Of a stretch of 64,000 nt of DNA, positions 56,490 to 64,000 are shown piece by piece. A program made the position numbers and the translations under genes. The DNA is taken from assembly GCA_964370685.1 (NCBI GenBank), contig CAYJKG010000006.1:15008-79007 (forward strand), read 5' to 3'. This DNA comes from an uncultured Faecalibacterium sp. GTDB lineage: Bacteria > Bacillota > Clostridia > Oscillospirales > Ruminococcaceae. Under the pieces are notes generated by a model. It saw only the letters and a program-made list of their open reading frames with translations, had not been told where the DNA came from and made no database searches. Positions within the stretch are counted from its first letter, which is position 1. The number at the start of each line of letters is the position of its first letter.

Positions 56490-56873
56490 ATGAATGCTAC
56501 TCAGCTAGAGAAATGTAAAAAAGATTTAGTGTCTGCTGGCCGTATGCAAGAAACAGAAACATTAATTGATGCAATTCAAAGTTCATACTTTGATGCTTTG
56601 TTTTTTGGCATGGGTCAATGGAAACAAGGTTTTGGCTACTATACTGATGAACAGTTAATAATTATTGTTGGCTTAGGCTTTACAGTTGTGAGTGCCAAAT
56701 ATGCGAATATTCAAAAAATACGCAAATGTACTCAGTTCTTTTTGCCTATGGGTATTGAAATTACATATTTAGATGAAAAAACAAATAAATCTAAAGTGAT
56801 GAAATATTCAACAACAAAAAGAGAAAAATTTATCGAATTGTTAACATCAAAATCTGGCGTAACTTGTTCATAA
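56490..56873 (+). CDS. hypothetical cytoplasmic protein (possible bacterial PH-like domain)
   Basis: Start moved to MNATQLEK behind GAAGGGAG. 127 aa. No family recognised with confidence. Confidence 0.5.
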   Translation: MNATQLEKCKKDLVSAGRMQETETLIDAIQSSYFDALFFGMGQWKQGFGYYTDEQLIIIVGLGFTVVSAKYANIQKIRKCTQFFLPMGIEITYLDEKTNKSKVMKYSTTKREKFIELLTSKSGVTCS

Positions 56874-56882
56874 AAAAGTATT

Positions 56883-56912
56883 AAGGGCAGAAAAAACTCT
56901 GCCCTTTTTATT
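56883..56912 (+). terminator. rho-independent terminator
   Basis: AAGGGCAGA / TCTGCCCTT stem followed by a T-run. Confidence 0.7.
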
Positions 56913-56938
56913 TGTTTAAAATAGATTAAGAGGTAATC

Positions 56939-57646
56939 ATGACTAAAAAGAAAATTCTGCAATTTATAATTGTATTAATAATACTAGCTATTTCTTATGG
57001 TGTGTATTTTTTTGTTTCAGTAAAAGGTGTTTTTAAACCTGCGGAAACAGTTACAATTAGCGATGTTTCAGCAGGTATTAACCCAGTGGGTAAAATATCT
57101 GATGGCTGGGCAGAACAAATAACAAGCTCGGAGGATTTTTACGAGCTTATTAATTTAGATTATGTAACAGTAACGGTTAGCAACATTGTGGCAACTGGTG
57201 TATACACGCGCAAATCATGGATAGACCCATATTACGCAAGTACGCCTGGAGCAAATAGGCGAAAAACACCTATACCACAGGAGAGTACAAACCCATTAAC
57301 AGATATAGAATATATGCATCAATATTATTTAATACGGCTTAGCGATGGTTCATACATAAATGCTGTGATTGAAGAGCAATATGTAAAAAATTTTAAAGAG
57401 GGCGAAAGCATAACATTGCCAGTGGGACATCAATACGGTGTAACTGAAAACGCACAAGCAATGCTTAGCGAAATAGCTGATGAATATAATACAAAACCAT
57501 CACCAGTTTATTATGCAATTGATGAAGCATGGTATAGCGAAAACCAAACGAACATTAATATGATAGCAGTTTTTTGGGGAATTGGTGTCTTTGTAGTTTT
57601 AGTTATAATTAGTAGTTTAACACTAACAAAAGTATTTGAGGATTAA
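56939..57646 (+). CDS. hypothetical bitopic membrane protein (TM at both ends, ~170-aa exposed domain)
   Basis: ILQFIIVLIILAISYGVYFFVSV at the N-terminus and MIAVFWGIGVFVVLVIISSLTL at the C-terminus. AGAGG SD. No family recognised. Confidence 0.55.
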   Translation: MTKKKILQFIIVLIILAISYGVYFFVSVKGVFKPAETVTISDVSAGINPVGKISDGWAEQITSSEDFYELINLDYVTVTVSNIVATGVYTRKSWIDPYYASTPGANRRKTPIPQESTNPLTDIEYMHQYYLIRLSDGSYINAVIEEQYVKNFKEGESITLPVGHQYGVTENAQAMLSEIADEYNTKPSPVYYAIDEAWYSENQTNINMIAVFWGIGVFVVLVIISSLTLTKVFED

Positions 57647-57655
57647 TAAATAATA

Positions 57656-58492
57656 ATGATAGCAAAAATAAAACAAGTAAAAGCAAATGTTGAAAATAAT
57701 TTTGAAATCTACGAAAATGATATATTGAAATATAAAGCAAACACACCTTGGATGAGCTTAAAATTACCTTTTCAAACTGAAAATGTACGAAAACTATCTT
57801 TACAAAATCAGCACGACGAAAGCGTTTTGACTACAAGATACGATGTGTTTGATAACCTTTTAAATGAGGCTATACCTATGAAGTATCTTGTAGGTTTATC
57901 CACTACTTTTGATAAATTTGAGATATTAAAGGATAATCAAAATATAGGTTCTTTTTATATTTTGCGAGCTGGTGTTTGGGATAAAGCATTTTTTGTTGAA
58001 ATTAATGGCAAAGTTTTTAAAGGTTATAGCATTGCAGCTGGTTACAAAGAGGTTGTAGTTTTTTTTGAAGATGAAAAACAAATTGCACAAATTACAAAAC
58101 CTCTTTCAACAATAAATAATTTAGACGAATATTTACTGCACATACTTGATGGTTATAATGAGCTTTTTGAAATATTAGCATTTTTTACAATATATTACGA
58201 TTATAAAAAATATAATAATAGCGGAGAAATTGTTAGTAAATCTGCAGAGATATCCTTTAGATACACTTTTGGAAAAAATAGTAAAAAGTACGACGAAAAT
58301 TGGATTTTAAATAATTTTGGCATAACAGAGGCTCAAAATATAGAAAATACAATTTCAGCCTCGCAAGAACAGGCGAAAACACAAATTAAAAGCACGCTTA
58401 AATTAATGTTAATTTGTGCTATCATAATTGTACCAATAGTGCTATTGCTTACAGTTATTTTATTTTTTCAAACTTTGACATCTGCTGTATAA
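57656..58492 (+). CDS. hypothetical C-terminally anchored protein
   Basis: 278 aa with a single C-terminal TM helix, LMLICAIIIVPIVLLLTVILFF. No family recognised. Confidence 0.5.
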   Translation: MIAKIKQVKANVENNFEIYENDILKYKANTPWMSLKLPFQTENVRKLSLQNQHDESVLTTRYDVFDNLLNEAIPMKYLVGLSTTFDKFEILKDNQNIGSFYILRAGVWDKAFFVEINGKVFKGYSIAAGYKEVVVFFEDEKQIAQITKPLSTINNLDEYLLHILDGYNELFEILAFFTIYYDYKKYNNSGEIVSKSAEISFRYTFGKNSKKYDENWILNNFGITEAQNIENTISASQEQAKTQIKSTLKLMLICAIIIVPIVLLLTVILFFQTLTSAV

Positions 58493-58543
58493 TTTTGATA
58501 TAATAAAACCTGTAGCGAAAAATGAATATTTGGGAGTAATTAT

Positions 58544-58951
58544 ATGAAAAAATTTTTAGTTTTAATTTTAACTTTAGCATTATTATTCGTAAGTTGTGGT
58601 GAAAGCACAGAGATATCATTTGCGGTTAGTGATGATGCAAAGGACATAGTGGCAGATGCAAACATTAGTTTTAGTGATGATGTTAGCGCTTCTGTGGAGT
58701 CCTCAACAGTGGGAGATGATGTTATATCTTTTATTGATGTGCAAGGAAATATCACAAATAATAGTGGTGAGGAAATAGCTGTTATTATTTTGACTTTTGG
58801 AATTTACAACACAGATGGTGCAAGGTTAACAAGTGCAAGCACAGCTATTGAAAACTTGGGTGATGGCGAAACATGGAAATTTACAGCGCCAGCAAACATT
58901 GAAAACGAGGAATATGGTTCGTTTGAGTTAGTTGATGTTAAAGTTTCTTAA
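58544..58951 (+). CDS. small lipoprotein, FxLYD-domain-like
   Basis: Lipobox LLFVSCG. GNITNNSGEEIAVIILTFGIYN and C-terminal GSFELVDVKV resemble the FxLYD domain. Confidence 0.5.
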   Translation: MKKFLVLILTLALLFVSCGESTEISFAVSDDAKDIVADANISFSDDVSASVESSTVGDDVISFIDVQGNITNNSGEEIAVIILTFGIYNTDGARLTSASTAIENLGDGETWKFTAPANIENEEYGSFELVDVKVS

Positions 58952-58976
58952 GAGTAATTAATATTTATTGTTAGAG

Positions 58977-59002
58977 CATTGTGAAATTTCACAATGTTTT
59001 TT
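58977..59002 (+). terminator. rho-independent terminator
   Basis: Palindrome CATTGTGAAATTTCACAATG followed by TTTTTT. Confidence 0.75.
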
Positions 59003-59133
59003 CATTTGTAAAAAAAATCGATGTATAGTTTTTTAATAGTGAAAATATCTGATTGAAAATATAAAATATCTTGTGCTTAACAGCATAAAGTGCTATGATA
59101 AATAATAAAAACAATAAACAAAAAGGTGCGGAT

Positions 59134-59781
59134 ATGAAAATATTAATTGTAGAGGACGACAAAGCTATTTCACGATTGTTGCAAATAAACTTAGAAAACG
59201 CTGGGTTTATTTGTGATGTTGCGCTTGACGGTGCACAGGCACTTGAAAAAATAGACGAAAACCCTGATTTAATTTTGCTAGATGTAATGTTGCCTGAAGT
59301 TGATGGTTTTCAACTACTGGGCTATATAAAACCGTTTAAAATACCAGTTATAATGTTAACTGCTCGTAATATGACAAGTGATAAAATACGTGGGTTAAAC
59401 CTTGGTGCTGATGATTACATAACAAAACCTTTTGATATGTCAGAACTTATTGCAAGGGTGGAGGCTGTGCTTAGGCGTGCAGGTAAAATTAGTGATAAAT
59501 TTATTATAGATGATATAGAAATTGATTACGCTTCAAGAATAATTAAAAAAGCAGGCGAGGTTATTGTTTTATCACCTAAGGAATATGATTTAGTTGTTTT
59601 TTTAATACAAAATAAAAACTTAGCACTGTTTAGAGATGTTATAATTAATAATGTTTGGGGTTATGATTTTGACGGTGATTCTAGAACATTAGATTTGCAT
59701 ATATCACGCATAAGGCAAAAGCTTTCATGGAAAGAAAAAATAATAACATTAAAACGTGTTGGGTTTAGGTTACAATTATGA
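59134..59781 (+). CDS. OmpR-family response regulator
   Basis: MKILIVEDD...LDVMLP receiver and a winged-helix C-terminus (LSPKEYDLVVFL..., TLDLHISRIRQKL). Start moved to the ATG at 59134. Confidence 0.85.
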   Translation: MKILIVEDDKAISRLLQINLENAGFICDVALDGAQALEKIDENPDLILLDVMLPEVDGFQLLGYIKPFKIPVIMLTARNMTSDKIRGLNLGADDYITKPFDMSELIARVEAVLRRAGKISDKFIIDDIEIDYASRIIKKAGEVIVLSPKEYDLVVFLIQNKNLALFRDVIINNVWGYDFDGDSRTLDLHISRIRQKLSWKEKIITLKRVGFRLQL

Positions 59782-61214
59782 AACTTGCAACAAAATTAAT
59801 TTTATCTTCAATTTGTATTTTGGTAATAGGTTTTAATATAGGTACAAGCATTTTTATTAATAGTAACTTTAACCATAGCCTTGATTATTACATAAATACA
59901 GCAACAAATAATTTTTACACGCAAAAATATCTTTTTGAAAGCAAAATTGCTACGCATTTAAACCAAAATCATTATATAACAAAAAACGAGATACTTGAAA
60001 TTATAGGCGACATAAACCGCTACGGTATTTGGACAGACTATTTTGTAGATATAAGATATAATAATGAAGCATTATTTAATACAGATAATATAAGCATGAC
60101 AGTTGATTTTAGCGAGGAAGCTTCTACGGATACTATACACTATAAAATTGTGGAACAAGAGCAACAACAAATTTTAATTTTTAAAACAGCTATAAAAATT
60201 GGCGATGCTTGGTTAGAGCTAACTTTTGGTGAAGATATAAGCTCAATTTTTTCAGATGGGAAAAGACAATTAAATTTATTAATAATAATAAATTTAATTT
60301 TAGTTATAACTAGCTCTTTGGCAATGTGGATTATAACTACGATTATAACTCGTGGTTTAAAAAAGCTTGAAAATGCTACAGCGCGTATAACTCAAGGTGA
60401 TTTTACAGGTAATCTACCTGAAAACGGCAACGATGAAATTGCGTTATTATCAAAACGTTTTAATCTCATGGCAAAAACTATAAAATCTAACATGCACGAA
60501 CTAGATACAAATGTAAAAAACAGAGAATTATTTGTTGCAAATTTTTCTCATGAGCTTAAAACACCACTGACATCTATGATTGGTTACGCTGATTTTATCA
60601 GACGTGAAGAATGGGAAAATAGTGCTGTTTTAGAAGCCTCGGATTATATATACTCACAAAGTTTGCGTTTGCAGAATTTATCACAAAAAATGTTGCAATT
60701 AATGGAATTAAAAGATATAAACAACAAAGAAAAAACAACGATAGAACTTAAAGAGCAACGTTTAATATCAGTGTTTGAACAAGTAGCAATAGCAGTTAAA
60801 CCAATATTAGGCGAAAAAAACATAAATTTGAAATTTAAATGTAGTAATAACTTTTATGTTTTATGCGATAAAATTTTATTACAAAGTTTAATGATAAACC
60901 TAGTAACTAACGCCATTAAAGCAAGTTTTGATGATGGGGAAATTATTGTTGGAACAAAAATTGATGAAACTGGCAATAAAATTATAGTGTATGTAAAAGA
61001 TTTTGGCATTGGTATTGCAAAAGATGTTATTAGCAATATAACAGATGAATTTTTTATAGTGGATAAATCACGCAAAGGTGAAAACAATGGTATAGGGCTT
61101 GCTATTGCTAAAGAAATAGCAAAGTTACATAAAACAAAACTTGCCTATGAAAGTGAGCTAGGAGAGGGCACAATAGTTGCGTTTGCTTTAAGTGGAGGAA
61201 CTAAAAATGATTAA
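59778..61214 (+). CDS. HAMP-domain sensor histidine kinase
   Basis: Two TM helices flanking a ~150-aa extracytoplasmic loop, a HAMP domain, H-box FVANFSHELKTPLTSM, and N- and G-boxes (NLVTNAIKA, GIGLAIAKEI). ATGA overlap with the response regulator gene. Confidence 0.85.
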   Translation: MKLATKLILSSICILVIGFNIGTSIFINSNFNHSLDYYINTATNNFYTQKYLFESKIATHLNQNHYITKNEILEIIGDINRYGIWTDYFVDIRYNNEALFNTDNISMTVDFSEEASTDTIHYKIVEQEQQQILIFKTAIKIGDAWLELTFGEDISSIFSDGKRQLNLLIIINLILVITSSLAMWIITTIITRGLKKLENATARITQGDFTGNLPENGNDEIALLSKRFNLMAKTIKSNMHELDTNVKNRELFVANFSHELKTPLTSMIGYADFIRREEWENSAVLEASDYIYSQSLRLQNLSQKMLQLMELKDINNKEKTTIELKEQRLISVFEQVAIAVKPILGEKNINLKFKCSNNFYVLCDKILLQSLMINLVTNAIKASFDDGEIIVGTKIDETGNKIIVYVKDFGIGIAKDVISNITDEFFIVDKSRKGENNGIGLAIAKEIAKLHKTKLAYESELGEGTIVAFALSGGTKND

Positions 61215-61947
61215 AAAAATAGTGCCTTTTATTATTGTAATTGCAGTTTTATCTAGTTTTGCTATACCTATTATATATTTTAAAGCTGAGAACGATAGTA
61301 AAATAGGAAATACTACAACTATAACCGTTGGTGAGGGTAGCACTATACAAGATGAGTTAGATGTTTTAGCATATCAATTAAACTTAGCTGAAATAGTTGA
61401 AATTTTATCTAGCAGTTTGGGTGCTCAGCCAGCGAATAATATACCTATTACCGAAAAATCTCCAGAAGAAATATTGATGTTGGTGGAGCAAGAAATAGAA
61501 ATATTAATGGATTTAGGTGTAAAAATACATAGTGATTTTACTTTGAACGAAGAACCACTTGCTATGATAACAACAGGCGATAAACGTAAAGTTTTGGTGT
61601 GGAGTTTTTCGTACACTTTGGACACTAATGAAGAATTTGTAGTGGTATATTCTTCGTCAGTTGGTAAAATACTATATTTAGAAACACGATTTGCAAATTA
61701 CTCTTTAAAAGAACAAGCAGATTTAACAGTAAAAATTGGCGGGTATTATACAAATGTAGGTGATTGGAAATCAGAAATTCAAACGTATCAAAGTGATAAT
61801 GAGAGTACAATTATTTTAAATGAAGATGTGGCCGTTATTTTAAATTTTGTTGACCAAAAACAATTTAGCATGGTAACAATGCACCCAGATTATGTGAAAA
61901 ACTCACAGAACCCAATGCCTACAACAATGTACACGCCGAATTCTTAG
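61207..61947 (+). CDS. hypothetical signal-anchored protein (possibly a PepSY-like accessory to the kinase)
   Basis: MIKKIVPFIIVIAVLSSFAIPIIYF anchor. VLVWSFSYTLDTNEEFVVVYSSSVGKILYLE is reminiscent of PepSY. Overlaps the kinase stop. Confidence 0.45.
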   Translation: MIKKIVPFIIVIAVLSSFAIPIIYFKAENDSKIGNTTTITVGEGSTIQDELDVLAYQLNLAEIVEILSSSLGAQPANNIPITEKSPEEILMLVEQEIEILMDLGVKIHSDFTLNEEPLAMITTGDKRKVLVWSFSYTLDTNEEFVVVYSSSVGKILYLETRFANYSLKEQADLTVKIGGYYTNVGDWKSEIQTYQSDNESTIILNEDVAVILNFVDQKQFSMVTMHPDYVKNSQNPMPTTMYTPNS

Positions 61948-62031
61948 ATGTAATTCGTTAAAATTAAAAGATTAAAAGTGAAAAAACTGTGTAGATACAA
62001 TTTAGATACATTGCAGATAAGTTTTATAGAT

Positions 62032-62066
62032 ATTGTAGGGTTATTATAGCCTTACAATATTTTTTT
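62032..62066 (+). terminator. rho-independent terminator
   Basis: ATTGTAGGG / CCTTACAAT stem (one G-U pair) followed by ATTTTTTTA. Confidence 0.6.
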
Positions 62067-62133
62067 ATAAAGCTACTGCCTGAGCATAATCAGTGTTTGG
62101 ATTACATTCGGGCTGATAATGTGAGGTGCAAAG

Positions 62134-62919
62134 ATGTATACAAATACAAGCATACCAGTTTACCACAAAAATAAAAAAAATAGCTATATCGAAATCGAAA
62201 AATATGTTTTAATTTTAATTATAGGTGCAGTTGTACTTTTAAGTTTTTTTGGTATTATTATGTTAATACGTGACATGCTTTATTTAAACACTACACAAGA
62301 AGAGTTTTTTGTTGCAGGTAATTTGACAGATACACAAATAGTGTCAGATGTACCATTTATAGACCAAAACGGCACGTATCCCACTGGTTGTGAATCAGTT
62401 AGCGCTACAATGGCTCTACAATATTTAGGCGTAAATATAACTGTTGATGATTTTATTAGTGAATTACCAAAAACAGATATACCAGAAGATGGAGAGGGTG
62501 CTTCACCATGGGAGTATTTTATAGGCAACCCATATAGCAACACTGGTTATGGTTGTTATGCGCCTGTAATTGAAAGTACGGTTAACTATTTTTTGTCAGG
62601 TTTAAATTATACAGCAAGTGATGTATATGGAGTAACACTTGAAACGCTTTGCGAAGATTATATTGTAAACGATATTCCCGTTATTTTATGGGCAACTATT
62701 GACATGAAAGAAGTGGTGCAAGGGCCTAGCTGGACACTTGAAAGTGGCGAAGAATTTACATGGTTGCAACCAGAGCATAGTTTATTACTTGTTGGTTTTG
62801 ATGATAATTACTATTATTTTAACGACCCTTTAAATGGTGCTCAAGTAGGTTACGAAAAAGCATTAGTTGAAACTGCATATATAGCAATGGGTGAACAAGC
62901 GGTTATATTTGAAGTATAA
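62134..62919 (+). CDS. membrane-anchored peptidase C39-like (YvpB/BtrH-like) cysteine peptidase
   Basis: N-terminal TM helix. VPFIDQNGTYPTGCESVSATMALQY (candidate Cys) and EHSLLLVGFDDNYYYFNDP (candidate His). Confidence 0.6.
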   Translation: MYTNTSIPVYHKNKKNSYIEIEKYVLILIIGAVVLLSFFGIIMLIRDMLYLNTTQEEFFVAGNLTDTQIVSDVPFIDQNGTYPTGCESVSATMALQYLGVNITVDDFISELPKTDIPEDGEGASPWEYFIGNPYSNTGYGCYAPVIESTVNYFLSGLNYTASDVYGVTLETLCEDYIVNDIPVILWATIDMKEVVQGPSWTLESGEEFTWLQPEHSLLLVGFDDNYYYFNDPLNGAQVGYEKALVETAYIAMGEQAVIFEV

Positions 62920-63135
62920 ATTTTTTATAATTTTTTAGAGCAAAGCAAAAAAATCTGTAAAAATCATGCATAGATAATTTTTATGTTTTTTGAAAAATAA
63001 CATGTTTTTATCTATAATAAAATATCAATATTATTATACTTTTTTGCGTTATATAACAAGCAAAATAAAAAAAGTAATAGTATACTTATATAAAGCAAAG
63101 TAAAAAAATTGAGTTTATGATAAGTAAGGTGTTTT

Positions 63136-64000
63136 ATGAATAAAGATAATATTAAAAAAGAGCTACAAAATGGTAAAACAATATTAGGTATTGAACTTGG
63201 TTCTACACGCATAAAAGCAGTTTTAATAGATAGCACTCATGCACCAATAGCAAGCGGTGCTTATGAATGGGAAAATAAACTACAAAACGGTTTTTGGACA
63301 TATGATTTAAATGAAGTTTGGATAGGTATACAAAAAAGTTATTCAAACCTTGCAAAACAAATTTTAGATGAATATAATGTAACTATACGTTCTGTATGTG
63401 CAATTGGTTTTTCAGCAATGATGCATGGTTATTTGGTGTTTGATAAAAAGGGCGAGTTACTAACTCCTTTTCGCACTTGGCGCAACACAAACGCTACAAA
63501 AGCGGCAGATGTTTTAAGCGAGTTATTTGAGTTTAATGTCCCTATACGTTGGAGTGTTTCGCATTTATATCAAGCTATATTAAATAATGAGGAGCACATC
63601 GCAAAAATAGCCAGTATTACAACTTTATCGGGTTATGTGCACAAACAACTAACAGGACAAAATGTATTAGGTGTTGGCGATGCTTCGGGAATGTTTCCTA
63701 TTGATAGCGATACATGTAATTATGATATGTGTATGATTAATAAGTTTGATGAACTAGTTGCACCATTGAATTTAAATTGGAAGATAAGTGATATTTTGCC
63801 AAAAGTGCTTTGCGCAGGTGAATTTTCAGGAATTTTAACAACCGAGGGCGCAAAATTAATTGATCCAACAGGCCAATTGCAAGCCGGTATCGCACTATGC
63901 CCACCAGAGGGTGATGCGGGTACTGGTATGGTGGCAACAAATAGTGTAGCAAAACGAACAGGCAATGTTTCAGCTGGTACTTCTATTTTTTCCATGTTAG
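63136..64000 (+). CDS. FGGY-family carbohydrate kinase (xylulokinase-like), 5' fragment running off the right edge
   Basis: Own translation from the ATG at 63136: [32 protein letters not shown]...[13 protein letters not shown]...FRTWRNT...[16 protein letters not shown]. Open to the window end. Absent from the ORF track because there is no stop codon. Confidence 0.75.
   Translation, partial: MNKDNIKKELQNGKTILGIELGSTRIKAVLIDSTHAPIASGAYEWENKLQNGFWTYDLNEVWIGIQKSYSNLAKQILDEYNVTIRSVCAIGFSAMMHGYLVFDKKGELLTPFRTWRNTNATKAADVLSELFEFNVPIRWSVSHLYQAILNNEEHIAKIASITTLSGYVHKQLTGQNVLGVGDASGMFPIDSDTCNYDMCMINKFDELVAPLNLNWKISDILPKVLCAGEFSGILTTEGAKLIDPTGQLQAGIALCPPEGDAGTGMVATNSVAKRTGNVSAGTSIFSML

Noticed and set aside
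63720-63995. Two minus-strand ORFs (91 aa and 71 aa) at the right edge.
   Set aside because: They are antisense to an open plus-strand frame from 63136 that translates into a clear FGGY kinase ([12 protein letters not shown]..., [16 protein letters not shown]).
1-64000. Looked on both strands for CRISPR arrays, IS/transposase or integrase genes, prophage genes, toxin-antitoxin pairs, known defence genes, tRNA and rRNA.
   Set aside because: No regularly spaced repeats, no recombinase-like ORFs, no cloverleaf-like or rRNA-like segments and no recognisable defence domains were seen. A visual scan cannot exclude small ncRNAs or very short ORFs.

Overview
Low-GC, Clostridia-like Firmicutes chromosomal segment. 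I found no rRNA, tRNA, CRISPR array, transposase or integrase. Content from left to right: (1) a LacI-controlled unit with an SSS symporter and a truncated GH36 alpha-galactosidase, carrying two copies of a perfect palindromic operator. (2) Scattered housekeeping genes: pnuC-like transporter, Big_2 lipoprotein, murD, ynbB-like PLP enzyme. (3) A 909-aa membrane protein combining a zinc ribbon, a Tyr/Pro-rich repeat tract and a clostripain (C11) domain. (4) A ~20-kb divergent glycan-utilisation locus (10.4-30.3 kb). It holds an LplABC-type ABC importer, GH2, a divergent GH95 paralogue, a Cys-type sulfatase, a MATE transporter, GH29, GH95, a heparinase II/III-like protein and GH88; every enzyme lacks a signal peptide. 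(5) trmO, a membrane protein, a DegV protein, a PHP phosphatase and a URO-D-like protein. (6) A consensus promoter, cobalamin riboswitch and terminator leading an ~18-kb, 17-gene anaerobic B12/tetrapyrrole operon (cbiA-C-D-L-F-G-H-JET, cobD, cobQ, hemA, sirC-like, hemC, cobA/hemD, hemB, hemL, apgM-like). (7) A visibly more AT-rich accessory stretch (54.3-62.9 kb) with a LytTR/AgrC-like and an OmpR/HAMP two-component system, interleaved with six uncharacterised envelope proteins and a C39-like peptidase. (8) The 5' part of an FGGY sugar kinase. No recognisable defence or mobile system is present. The points most worth follow-up are: the ApgM-like gene at the end of the B12 operon as a candidate L-threonine kinase; the B12 cluster lacking a chelatase and cbiB; the cytoplasmic sulfatase/fucosidase/lyase locus with its divergent GH95; and the peptide-less AgrC/LytTR system with its four-gene unknown envelope operon. 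Family calls come from motif recognition by eye and have not been checked against databases.
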